Source: Anaerolineaceae bacterium
GTDB taxonomy: Bacteria > Chloroflexota > Anaerolineae > Anaerolineales > Anaerolineaceae
Direction of reading: 5' to 3'
Assembly (NCBI GenBank): GCA_050946715.1
Contig: JBMNVH010000003.1
Location: 53,924-117,923, forward strand
DNA: 64,000 bases
Each line of letters opens with the position of its first letter. Positions within the stretch are counted from its first letter, which is position 1. The notes below the pieces were generated by a model. The model ran no database searches and had not been told where the DNA came from. It worked only from the letters and a program-made list of their open reading frames with translations. Below, in pieces: positions 27,548 to 37,015 of this stretch. The position numbers were made by a program, and so were the translations under genes.

Positions 27548-28702
27548 CTAAGGTAATACGTCTACATTAAACAGACGGTGATATTCATCAATGGCAAAAC
27601 GATCGGTCATGCCGGCAATATAGTCACAAATGCTGCGTTCAAGTCCGTGCTCTTCGATGCGATCCTGAACCTCAGGAGGCAAAGCGGCCGGATTGGACTG
27701 ATACATTTCAAATATTCGGCTGATGATCATTTCTGCTTTGGCTGCCATACGGACTACGCGATGATGGCGGTAAAGGTTGTTATACAGGAAATCCTTTAGC
27801 TCTCGATTTCGGCGATACATATCTTCACTGAAACCAACTACGTTGTACGGGAGTTTTTGAAGTTCGAGAGCGGATTTTATGTTTGCTTTGCGAAGATAGC
27901 GGTCGATCGATTGGATCAGGTCCGTCATTTCAAAGTTGATCAGCCGACGGATGATCTGATGACGGGAGAGGTCATCCAGCGAGTCCGTTTTTCTGCGCCC
28001 GATGCTCTCGTTAACGATTTCCCAAATAGCGATGCCATCCAGCTGTGAAGGAGAGATCATGCCGGAACGTAAACCGTCATCAAGGTCATGGGATGTATAG
28101 GCTAATTCGTCGGCGACATTGGCGATCTGGGCTTCCAGGCTCCCACGTAATTCAGGGTCATATTCCTGGACATCTGAGCTGTCATATTCTGTTTCGTGTT
28201 TGACCATGCCTTCCAGAACTTCCCAGCTGAGGTTAAGACCGGCATAGTCCGGGTAGCGATTTTCCAGCACCGTCACAATGCGCAGAGACTGGTGATTGTG
28301 ATTAAAGCCACCGTGCTCATTCATCAGGCGGGCTAAGATCGTTTCACCGGAATGCCCAAAGGGTGAATGTCCCAGGTCGTGCGCCAGGCAGATGGTTTCT
28401 ACCAGATCTTCGTTGGCACCCAGCGAACGTGCGATCGAACGACCGATCTGAGCTACTTCAAGAGAGTGCGTCAGGCGTGTTCGGTAATAATCACCTTCGG
28501 TATTAATGAAAACCTGGGTTTTGTATTCCAGGCGTCGGAAAGCTGTGGTGTGCAAGATACGGTCGCGGTCACGTTGATAGCGTGTTCGCAGATCAGCTTC
28601 TTCCTCCGGATATTTACGTCCTTTGGAGTTCTTGCTCAAGGTTGCGTAGGGCGCCAATTGTTGGGCTTCAAATTCTTCAAGTTGTTGACGTGTGTAGATC
28701 AT
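27548..28702 (-). CDS. dGTP triphosphohydrolase-like HD-domain protein
   Basis: The 384-aa ORF contains FRRLEYKTQVF, RLTHSLEVAQIGRSIA, HDLGHSPFGH and DRFAIDE. Confidence 0.88.
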   Translation of the reverse strand: MIYTRQQLEEFEAQQLAPYATLSKNSKGRKYPEEEADLRTRYQRDRDRILHTTAFRRLEYKTQVFINTEGDYYRTRLTHSLEVAQIGRSIARSLGANEDLVETICLAHDLGHSPFGHSGETILARLMNEHGGFNHNHQSLRIVTVLENRYPDYAGLNLSWEVLEGMVKHETEYDSSDVQEYDPELRGSLEAQIANVADELAYTSHDLDDGLRSGMISPSQLDGIAIWEIVNESIGRRKTDSLDDLSRHQIIRRLINFEMTDLIQSIDRYLRKANIKSALELQKLPYNVVGFSEDMYRRNRELKDFLYNNLYRHHRVVRMAAKAEMIISRIFEMYQSNPAALPPEVQDRIEEHGLERSICDYIAGMTDRFAIDEYHRLFNVDVLP

Positions 28703-28737
28703 AGAAAACCTTTATTTTTCCTGTACTTATATATTCT

Positions 28738-29529
28738 TTATGAGATGATTGTACCTGAATGCTGCCCATTAAGTGCCAGTAAAAGATCTCCTGTATCTGT
28801 GGCAGGGAAGATCTCCACCTGGCAAACATTAGATTGACGGCATAAGGCCTGCATCTGGCTTACTTTTGAGCGCATCCCACCGGTAACGTCCTGGTTCTGG
28901 GAGCCTTGCAGAAAGTTATGTAAGGGTGCGTCCTTGCCTATATGCCTGATAGGGTTTTGATTGGCAGGGAAGTCGGCAAAAACAGCTTTTTCAATGCCGG
29001 CCAGGAGAACGCGATCGGGTTTTAGGTGGGCTGCCAGGTGATAAAAAAGCTCTTCGGTGGAGAGGATCGTGCCGCCCAGGTCCTGATCGAAAACGACATC
29101 GCCGTAAACGACCGGAATGATTCCGGATTGGAGCGCTTTTGTGATGGGCGCCAGGTTCCATGTTTCAACCTGCTGACCTTGCGCCATGATCGTGGCAGAT
29201 GGTGGGAAGGATATCAATGGTAGGTTGACTTGCTGGCCAATTGACAACACGATCTCGTTTAGTTTTCGGGCGCTTCGCCAAACTTCCACAAAGCCATTCC
29301 AGCCGTATTTGTCCCTGACACCGTTTCGCGTGCCATATCTGGCAGCAGCATGATGCCCATAGGAGCCCGATCCGTGACCCAGGAGTATCTGGGTGTTAGC
29401 ATGCTCGTTTCGATAGCTAAGTAGCTCTGACAGCAGCATATGGATGCGATCTTTAAGCGGTGTTTCGGTCTGGCTTTTGTCGGTGATCAGGGAACCGCCC
29501 AGTTTGAGAAATATCAATTCTTTGTTCAT
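28738..29529 (-). CDS. Isopentenyl phosphate kinase (amino-acid-kinase fold)
   Basis: The 263-aa ORF contains FLKLGGSLITDK, GHGSGSYGH and a C-terminal DVTGGM block. It starts 4 nt after the mevalonate kinase stop. Confidence 0.8.
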   Translation of the reverse strand: MNKELIFLKLGGSLITDKSQTETPLKDRIHMLLSELLSYRNEHANTQILLGHGSGSYGHHAAARYGTRNGVRDKYGWNGFVEVWRSARKLNEIVLSIGQQVNLPLISFPPSATIMAQGQQVETWNLAPITKALQSGIIPVVYGDVVFDQDLGGTILSTEELFYHLAAHLKPDRVLLAGIEKAVFADFPANQNPIRHIGKDAPLHNFLQGSQNQDVTGGMRSKVSQMQALCRQSNVCQVEIFPATDTGDLLLALNGQHSGTIIS

Positions 29530-29533
29530 AGCC

Positions 29534-30484
29534 TTAATTGCCTTTCACGATGGTTAGAAAAGCGTTCAGGGCGCCTTTTTGGGTCATTCGTTGCAATACG
29601 ATCGTGCTTTTATCAGCTTCGACCAATGCCAGCATGTGACCGCCTTTGCCGCCCCCGGTTAGTTTGGCAGCCAACGCGCCTGAATCCATGGCAAGCGATA
29701 TCAGTTTATCTAATTCCAGACAGGAAAGTTGCAGATCGCGAAGAAGTTCCTGATTGCGGTTGACGCATTTTGCCAGCAGGCTATCGTCGCCACTCAGCAA
29801 AGCTTTTTTCGCGGTCTGGGCAAGATATCCGATCTCTTCAAGTCTTGGATTGACAAAATCCGGGTTTTCTTCACGAAATCGAGCCAGTTGCGCGACGTTC
29901 TCGCGGGTGGATTTCTGGATGCCAGTATCGGCGAGGATGAAGTGGAGGTCTTTTGTTGTCTGGATAAATTCCGGTTCTTTGCCTCGTTGGAAGAAAAGAG
30001 CTTTTTCGTAGCTGATGACGGTGTTGTCAATGCCGCTGGGGTTGATATGAACCCGTTTTTCACATTCATAAGCCAGTTGGTTGACGGTTTGCTCATCCAG
30101 AGGGTGACCAAGAAAAGCGGAAAGCCCCCGGATGGTGACGACTGCCATGGCAGCGCTGGAACCAAGCCCCGATCCAATGGGCAGATTGGCGTTGAAGTGC
30201 AGTCTGCAGCTGGGCTTTTGTGTAATTCCAAGCACTTTTAGCGTTTCAAAAACAGCGTGATAAATGGGATGATTTTCGGGCAGGTCATTGATCTCAGCAT
30301 CAAGACCCAGAGATGGAAAAGAAAGCACGATCTTTCCGGAGGGTCCCAAAATCAATGGTTCCACCCTTAGATTGATACGGCGGCTGCTCAAGGGCAGGGC
30401 AATGGCGGGCTGTCCGTGAACAACAGCGTGCTCTCCGCACAGAATGAATTTACCACAGGCAGAACTGGTCAGAGCTGGCATCAA
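29534..30484 (-). CDS. mvk: Mevalonate kinase (GHMP kinase)
   Basis: The 316-aa ORF contains GKFILCGEHAVVHGQPAIA, PIGSGLGSSAA and KLTGGGKGG. Confidence 0.85.
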   Translation of the reverse strand: MMPALTSSACGKFILCGEHAVVHGQPAIALPLSSRRINLRVEPLILGPSGKIVLSFPSLGLDAEINDLPENHPIYHAVFETLKVLGITQKPSCRLHFNANLPIGSGLGSSAAMAVVTIRGLSAFLGHPLDEQTVNQLAYECEKRVHINPSGIDNTVISYEKALFFQRGKEPEFIQTTKDLHFILADTGIQKSTRENVAQLARFREENPDFVNPRLEEIGYLAQTAKKALLSGDDSLLAKCVNRNQELLRDLQLSCLELDKLISLAMDSGALAAKLTGGGKGGHMLALVEADKSTIVLQRMTQKGALNAFLTIVKGN

Positions 30485-30488
30485 AACC

Positions 30489-31361
30489 TCACAAAACCCA
30501 ATAAAGGATCGCCATGACCGACAACCCCCATAAGAGGATGGCGATCTGCATCGGTCGATCCTTGAGAAGAACTTCTTCCGGAGAACTTACGATGACGTTG
30601 TTTTGGATCAAATAAAGATAGCGAAAAATGCCATAGACTACAAAAGGGATCGTCAGCATCATTTCAAAGGTGGGCTGATCCGGTCGCGCGGAAAAGGTGT
30701 AGAGCGTGTAGGTGATCAGGATCGCGGTAAGGATGATGGTAATATATTGCATCAGGAGCGGGACGCTGTAGCCAGCCAGCGTTTTGCGGTGACTGGAAGC
30801 GTCCGATTCCAGTAGGCGCAGTTCCGCCAGGCGTTTCCCAAAGCCGAGATACATCGCCAGAAGCGTTGTCAGGATAAAAAGCCAGGGGGAGAAATATGCC
30901 ACAGAAATGACGCTTAGCCCTGCCAAAACGCGTAAGACAAAACCAATCGCGATGATGATGACATCCAGGATCATGATCTTTTTGAGCCAGAGCGAATAGG
31001 CAAGGATCAAGACGGTATAAGCGATAAAAATTAAAGCCAGTTTGGGCGAAAGCAGATAGCCGCCAACTAAAACGAGGGCAGTTAGAAAAGATATCCAGAG
31101 GATGGCCTGATTTTTCGTGAGTCTGCCTGATGCCAAAGGTCGCCTGCATTTATGAGGATGGAGACGATCCGCTTCAAGGTCGAGCAGATCGTTGATCGTA
31201 TAGGTGATGCCGGAAACCAGGCAAAACAAAACCGTTGCCGCCAGAACTTTTAAAAAAGGATTGAACTGCGTAAATTGACCGTCAAAGATCAAGCCGGCAA
31301 ATATCACCAGATTTTTTGTCCACTGACGCGGACGCAGCGTTTCGATCAGTGCCTTAAACAT
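30489..31361 (-). CDS. UbiA-superfamily prenyltransferase of the decaprenyl-phosphate phosphoribosyltransferase (DPPRS, Rv3806c-like) type
   Basis: The 290-aa polytopic ORF contains LRPRQWTKNLVIF, YTINDLLDLEADRLHPHKCRRPLASG, GKRLAELR and a C-terminal PEEVLLKDR block. By eye these blocks are collinear with the mycobacterial enzyme. Confidence 0.8.
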   Translation of the reverse strand: MFKALIETLRPRQWTKNLVIFAGLIFDGQFTQFNPFLKVLAATVLFCLVSGITYTINDLLDLEADRLHPHKCRRPLASGRLTKNQAILWISFLTALVLVGGYLLSPKLALIFIAYTVLILAYSLWLKKIMILDVIIIAIGFVLRVLAGLSVISVAYFSPWLFILTTLLAMYLGFGKRLAELRLLESDASSHRKTLAGYSVPLLMQYITIILTAILITYTLYTFSARPDQPTFEMMLTIPFVVYGIFRYLYLIQNNVIVSSPEEVLLKDRPMQIAILLWGLSVMAILYWVL

Positions 31362-32007
31362 GCGATTATCTTATCATAATCCCCGGTTCAGCTATTTCAT
31401 TCGCTTGCATTGGAAAGTGGAAATGATGTATCGCTAAAGAATTGTTTGCGGATAGCAGGTCAGCGCATAGAACAGTTTTTTCTGAATATATAATGCCGAG
31501 AAGAAAGAATTTCCTATTTAATCAGCAATTCTCATTTTAGCCTTTTACATGGTCAGGAGACCATTTCCGAACAAGAAAAAGGGTTAAGTTCCTCAATTTT
31601 TTCCATACTGAGAATTGCGATATTTGATGCGAGTATTTAAATTTCTAATATAATTGTTTTGTAATTAGGATTTGCTAATTTCATCATCAAAACCACAATA
31701 CTGCGGTTATAAACCAAATAAATTCAACCCGTTTGTTGATAACGATTTATTCACCCAATGAAATTTAAAAGTTTAGAAAGGAGTATGTATAAGCGAAACA
31801 ACATTAAAAGCGAAAGATGATCTAGCTGTCTTTAAATTGAACTTGTCAAATACACAAGGAAGAATTAGTTTGAATCAGCAATTCATCTGATCCGATGGGT
31901 CATCAGGCAAGAAATATATGATCATCTAAACCCCTAGTATTGTAAAAAGTTAATAAGCAAGACCATAAGAAAGATCGAAATTTGGATGACACAAGAAAAG
32001 GAGAAAA

Positions 32008-32703
32008 ATGTCAAATAAAATTAAGACCATTATAGTAACGATCCTGCTGTTTGTTTTTATGCTGGGCGCGTTGTCAATCTCTGAACCTATGCCAGTGACC
32101 GGTGGGGAAGAGCCACCTATCCCTTATGGTCCCAATGGTGAGATTCCGGTTGAATATGGTCCTCAGTTTGAGGAGATCGTTTTAGATTTAGAAGAGGACC
32201 TGACGGCAAATAAGACTCCAGATAACCAGATCATGTCAAATGAGCAGGCAGCATCCTATGCGGCATTGGGATTCAGTACTTATAACACCACATATTTTAT
32301 GGAAGGGGATGGATGTATAGAAAACAGTGAAAATGGGGGGCGTATTGCATATATGAACGTTGTCCTTCCTCATGGTTCCCGTATTACTGAAATTGAATTT
32401 AATGGAATCGATAGAAATGATACTGCCAGTATGTCGATAGATTTCAGAAGGTATTATTATTCAGGGAATTCTTCAGAATCTTTAGCTACCTTGACGTCAG
32501 GGATTGCATTCAAGGACGGAATTGTTTACAAATATAAATTCCTTGATCATGTGGTTGACAACGTCTGGTACAATTATTTGATAAAGGCACATTTCCCTGA
32601 ATACAACAGCTCAAAACCAGTCGCATTCTGTAATGCGGTAATTTACTATATTCCACCATCCCCATTTGTTAACGCGCTACCTATGATCACCACGAACAAT
32701 TAA
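32008..32703 (+). CDS. Hypothetical secreted protein (signal peptide/N-terminal anchor)
   Basis: The 231-aa ORF has AAAGGAG upstream, the N-terminus KIKTIIVTILLFVFMLGALSIS and no motif I recognise. The gene and its 650-bp upstream region are AT-rich. Confidence 0.6.
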   Translation: MSNKIKTIIVTILLFVFMLGALSISEPMPVTGGEEPPIPYGPNGEIPVEYGPQFEEIVLDLEEDLTANKTPDNQIMSNEQAASYAALGFSTYNTTYFMEGDGCIENSENGGRIAYMNVVLPHGSRITEIEFNGIDRNDTASMSIDFRRYYYSGNSSESLATLTSGIAFKDGIVYKYKFLDHVVDNVWYNYLIKAHFPEYNSSKPVAFCNAVIYYIPPSPFVNALPMITTNN

Positions 32704-32725
32704 AGTTTGCACCAAACGCTAAGTT

Positions 32726-32787
32726 AAAACACCTTTCCGTTCAAATGTGAAAATTTAAATCACATACGAAAGAGGAAAGGTGTTTTT
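32726..32787 (+). terminator. Long compound hairpin terminator
   Basis: AAAACACCTTTCC...GGAAAGGTGTTTTT forms the outer stem, enclosing an inner ATGTGA...TCACAT hairpin. Confidence 0.65.
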
Positions 32788-33045
32788 GATAAGCATCAGT
32801 GACACAGGACTTTACCAATTCTGCGGAAACATTTCTTTATATGGTTTGGAAATGCCAATGTTGAACAGGAAAATGATCTGGTTCGCTTGTTCTCAGGATG
32901 CCACAAGCTATGAATTTTGACATTCTGAGAATTGCAGTCAAAGAACAAGAAAGGTGGATCAAGGGCTGAACAACAAAAAACAGATGTGATCCTCCTCTCT
33001 TGTCTGCACGCTAGAAACGGTATAATAGACTATACTGAGTTGCTT

Positions 33046-34839
33046 ATGGAAAACATTAGAAATTTTTGTATTATCGCGCATGTGGATCACGGCAAGTCAA
33101 CGCTGGCGGACCGTATGCTACAAATGACGGGTACGATCTCTGATCGTGAAATGACCGAGCAGGTGCTCGATTCGATGGACCTTGAACGCGAAAAGGGCGT
33201 GACGATCAAGGCTTCGGCTGTTCGCATGGTTTATACGGATCCGGTTGGGAAAGAGTACGAATTCAATCTGATCGATACCCCTGGGCACGTTGACTTCAGC
33301 TACGAAGTTAGCCGCGCTCTTTATGCCTGTGAAGGCGCGATCCTGGTGATCGATGCCACGCAGGGCATTGAAGCCCAGACGCTGGCGAACCTTTACCTGG
33401 CGCTGGATGCTAATCTGGTCATCATCCCGGTTCTCAACAAGGTTGATCTGCAATCTGCCAGGGTCGAAGAAGTGACGCGGGACCTGGTACAGCTATTGGG
33501 TGTTGCTGAGGAAGACATCATTGCCATCAGCGCAAAGACGGGCGTTAATGTGGATAAGGTGCTCGAAGCGGTCGCTCAGCGGGTTCCTGCCCCGGAGGCT
33601 GACAAAGAAAAGCCTTTGCGCGCGCTGGTCTTTGACTCACACTACGATTCCTATAAGGGTGTGATCGCCTACATTCGCGTTTTTGATGGGCGTATCAACA
33701 GCAATGACAAGATCCAAATGATGGCGACGGGGTCAAAAATCGATCCGGTTGAGATCGGTGTTTTTGAACCCGGCATGAAGCCCGTCCCATACCTGGAAGC
33801 GGGAGATGTCGGTTACATCGCTACCGGATTGAAAACCGTTTCGGAATGTAGGGTTGGTGACACGATCACGCACGCAGTCAAACCCGCCGGAGAACCTCTG
33901 CCTGGCTACCAAAAAGCTAAACCGATGGTCTTTGCCGGCGTTTATCCAACCGAAGGTGCGGATTATGGAAGTCTCAAGGACGCATTGGAGAAGCTACAGC
34001 TAAACGACGCCTCGCTGACTTTTGAACCTGAAACCTCCGAAGCGCTGAATTTTGGCTTCCGCTGTGGCTTTTTGGGGCTCTTTCACATGGAAATTATTCA
34101 GGAACGCCTGGAACGTGAGTATGACCTTGACGTTGTGTTTACGGCTCCATCGGTTGAATACAAGGTTGATCTGAAAGACGGCTCCACGATCATTATTGAC
34201 TCGCCGGCTGATCTTCCGGATGAGGGCGAGATCCTTGAAATCTACGAACCCTGGATGGAACTGGAGATTTTCACGCCGACAGATTATTACGGCGTGGTCA
34301 TGGATCTGGTCAAAAAACGACGCGGCATTTACGTCAGTCAGGAATATCCGGCAGCAAATCGGGTCCAGCTCAATTATGAAATCCCCTTATCGGAGATCAT
34401 TGTTGATTTCTTTGACCTGCTCAAATCGAGCACACGCGGTTATGCCTCCATGGATTACCATTTCATCGAGTATCGCGCTGGCGAACTGGTCAAGCTGCAG
34501 ATCCTGATCAATGAAGAACCGGTGGACGCGCTCACTTCGATCGTGCATAAAGGTGATGCTTTCCATAAGGGACAGGCGCTGGTTAGCAAGCTAAAAGGGA
34601 TCATCACCAGCCAGATGTTTGTTGTCCCGATCCAGGCTTACGCGCAGGGTAGGGTCATCTCGCGCGCGAATGTTAAGGCTTTGCGAAAAGATGTTTTAGC
34701 GAAATGCTACGGCGGCGATATCACCCGTAAAAAGAAGCTGCTTGAAAAGCAAAAGCGGGGTAAGAAACGCATGAAGATGGTCGGCAGCGTCCAGATCCCG
34801 CAAGAAGCTTTCATGGCAATTTTGCGCCTGGAGAATTAA
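33046..34839 (+). CDS. lepA: Translation elongation factor 4 (LepA)
   Basis: The product begins [23 protein letters not shown] and contains [12 protein letters not shown] and the C-terminal LepA block [16 protein letters not shown] placed the start at ATG 33046; the ORF-track TTG 32932 adds 38 residues that look non-native. Confidence 0.95.
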   Translation: MENIRNFCIIAHVDHGKSTLADRMLQMTGTISDREMTEQVLDSMDLEREKGVTIKASAVRMVYTDPVGKEYEFNLIDTPGHVDFSYEVSRALYACEGAILVIDATQGIEAQTLANLYLALDANLVIIPVLNKVDLQSARVEEVTRDLVQLLGVAEEDIIAISAKTGVNVDKVLEAVAQRVPAPEADKEKPLRALVFDSHYDSYKGVIAYIRVFDGRINSNDKIQMMATGSKIDPVEIGVFEPGMKPVPYLEAGDVGYIATGLKTVSECRVGDTITHAVKPAGEPLPGYQKAKPMVFAGVYPTEGADYGSLKDALEKLQLNDASLTFEPETSEALNFGFRCGFLGLFHMEIIQERLEREYDLDVVFTAPSVEYKVDLKDGSTIIIDSPADLPDEGEILEIYEPWMELEIFTPTDYYGVVMDLVKKRRGIYVSQEYPAANRVQLNYEIPLSEIIVDFFDLLKSSTRGYASMDYHFIEYRAGELVKLQILINEEPVDALTSIVHKGDAFHKGQALVSKLKGIITSQMFVVPIQAYAQGRVISRANVKALRKDVLAKCYGGDITRKKKLLEKQKRGKKRMKMVGSVQIPQEAFMAILRLEN

Positions 34840-35864
34840 TGCAGGTCCAGACTGAAAAAAACAACCGATTGATGAAGATCGGTTTACCGATCTTGTTAAG
34901 CGGTCTGGCGATCTGGCTGGTTTGGCGCCAGCTGGATTTTCAGGTTTTATGGGCTGCTTTCAGGCAATTGTCAATCTCATCGATAGCTTTGGTGATATTG
35001 CTTTTTACACTCGGATTGTTTTTGCGAGGTTTGACCTGTTGGATCATCCTAGGACCTAAATTTCTATTTATGGACGCATTTTGGGCAATGAACGTTGGCT
35101 ATTTGCTCAACTCATTCATTCCGCTGCGTTTAGGAGAGTTCGGCAGGGCGGCGATCCTGACCGAAAGGAGCAAAGGTAAAGCCAGCTATATGGAAGCGCT
35201 GGCTTCGATCGTCGCGGAGCGATTCCTTGACTTGCTGACTGGGTTTATGTTCCTCCTGGTAGCACTGCTCTTCTTGTTTAAAAACGATAGATTGGAAAAA
35301 ATTGCCTGGATCGGTTTTGGCGGTCTGGCTTTTAGTCTGGTTCTAATGATCCTTCTGGCTAAGAACAGAGACACGGTCATAAGCTGGTTCAGAGATCGCT
35401 TTTCTGAAACAAGTTGGGTGCAAAAGCGATTGGTACCAGCGTTGGAGCAATTGCTGCTGGGTTTCACCTTTTTTCTGGATGCAAAACGCTTTATTCCTGC
35501 CAGCCTGATCCTGGCAGTAAGTTGGTTTTTGTCGATGCTTGAATACAATGTCCTACAAAACGCAATTTTGGACAGCTCGAAAGCATGGTGGCCCGTTCTG
35601 GTCATACCTGCTGGTGCCTTCGTGAACGCTCTGCCTGCCGCGCCTGGTGGATTGGGCGTCTTTGAAGCCGGCGCGGTTGGCGCGTATGCGCTGGTTGGGG
35701 TTGGAAAAGAACCCGCGCTGGCGATGGCGCTGATCGTTCATTTTGTCCAGATCGCGATTCCGTCGATCTTTGGTATCATCGCATTGTTCATCAGTGGTGA
35801 TAGTTTGGGTTCGCTCATCACCCGGTCAACCCGCTTTCAGGCGAAAAAGGAAGTGACAGAATGA
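34839..35864 (+). CDS. UPF0104 / lysyl-phosphatidylglycerol-synthase-TM-type 'flippase-like' membrane protein
   Basis: The 341-aa polytopic ORF contains YLLNSFIPLRLGEFGRAAIL and a C-terminal LPAAPGGLGVFEAG block. Its ATG overlaps the lepA stop (TAATG). Confidence 0.7.
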   Translation: MQVQTEKNNRLMKIGLPILLSGLAIWLVWRQLDFQVLWAAFRQLSISSIALVILLFTLGLFLRGLTCWIILGPKFLFMDAFWAMNVGYLLNSFIPLRLGEFGRAAILTERSKGKASYMEALASIVAERFLDLLTGFMFLLVALLFLFKNDRLEKIAWIGFGGLAFSLVLMILLAKNRDTVISWFRDRFSETSWVQKRLVPALEQLLLGFTFFLDAKRFIPASLILAVSWFLSMLEYNVLQNAILDSSKAWWPVLVIPAGAFVNALPAAPGGLGVFEAGAVGAYALVGVGKEPALAMALIVHFVQIAIPSIFGIIALFISGDSLGSLITRSTRFQAKKEVTE

Positions 35865-37015
35865 AGATCCTGATTTCCTCTACCTATTTTCACCCTTACA
35901 GTTCCGGACTTTCGGTCTATGCTTTACGTCTGGCTAAGGGGCTGGCGGACCTCGGGCATGATGTGGTTGTATTGACCTCTCAACATGAGAAAAGCTTGCC
36001 CAAGGCAGAACCCTTTGGAAATTTCCACATTGTCCGTGTGCCTGTGATGACCCGATTGTCAAAGGGCGTCATCATGCCGAGTTTGCCAAGGATCGCCAGG
36101 CAGTGGATAACCTGGGCGGATGTGGTCAATCTCCACCTGCCTCAGTTTGAATCCATCGTCTTAAGCAAGATCGCCCGAGAGTTGGGCAAGCCTGTTCTGG
36201 TGACCTACCACTGTGATCTGGAAATGAGCGGCGGGGCTTTGAACAAGCTGGCTGGGAATGTGACCATGCGTTTTGGTGAAGAGGTGCTGCGAGACGCGAC
36301 GCTGATCGTGCAAAATTCGCTTGATTATGCCGAAAACTCTTCGGTACTCTCCAAATATATGGAAAAGGTTGTTGAATCGCCGACTCCTATCATCGTCAAA
36401 ACGGTTTCAGAAGAAAGAGCTGAAAAGTTCAGGCTGGAACATGGCATTGCGAAAACTGACAAGGTGATCGGGCTGGCGGGCAGGGTTGCCAGCGAGAAGG
36501 GCTATGAATATCTCGCGATGGCTTTCCCATCAATTCTTGATAATTTTCCGGAAGCACGGATCGTACATGCGGGCGCCTGGAAGTCTGTGGTTGGCGAAAG
36601 CGCATACCAAAGCCAGATCGAAGCGTACATTCGACCTTTTGGTGAGAAGTGGAGGAACCTGGGCTTCCTGAGCGATGATGATTTTGAGGCTTTCTTCGCG
36701 GTTTGTGATGTTTTGGTTTTCACCAGTCTGAATCGAACCGAATCCTACGGCATTGTCCAGCTTGAAGCGATGACGCAGGGAACACCGATCGTGGCAAGCG
36801 ATCTCCCAGGCGTCAGGCAGCCTGTCCGGCAGACAGGTTTGGGGCGGATCGTTCCCATGCGCGATCCAAATGCGATCGCTGCTGCTGTAATCGAGATTCT
36901 GGGTGAGGGTAGGAAGACGCGTTTTGTGCCAGAAGAATTCCTCGAAAAGTTTCAGCAGGAGGCGGTCGCCAGGCGCAATGAAGCCTGGATGGAGACCTTA
37001 TTAGCCGATGAATGA
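35861..37015 (+). CDS. Glycosyltransferase, family 4 (GT-B fold, WcaI-like)
   Basis: The 384-aa ORF has the N-terminus KILISSTYFHPYSSGLSVYA and the E-x7-E region ESYGIVQLEAMTQGTPIVASD. It overlaps the previous gene with ATGA. Confidence 0.85.
   Translation: MKILISSTYFHPYSSGLSVYALRLAKGLADLGHDVVVLTSQHEKSLPKAEPFGNFHIVRVPVMTRLSKGVIMPSLPRIARQWITWADVVNLHLPQFESIVLSKIARELGKPVLVTYHCDLEMSGGALNKLAGNVTMRFGEEVLRDATLIVQNSLDYAENSSVLSKYMEKVVESPTPIIVKTVSEERAEKFRLEHGIAKTDKVIGLAGRVASEKGYEYLAMAFPSILDNFPEARIVHAGAWKSVVGESAYQSQIEAYIRPFGEKWRNLGFLSDDDFEAFFAVCDVLVFTSLNRTESYGIVQLEAMTQGTPIVASDLPGVRQPVRQTGLGRIVPMRDPNAIAAAVIEILGEGRKTRFVPEEFLEKFQQEAVARRNEAWMETLLADE

Noticed and set aside
32932-33045. 38-residue N-terminal extension of lepA (TTG start)
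   Set aside because: The canonical LepA N-terminus ([19 protein letters not shown]) begins at 33046. The extension overlaps the promoter/motif region.
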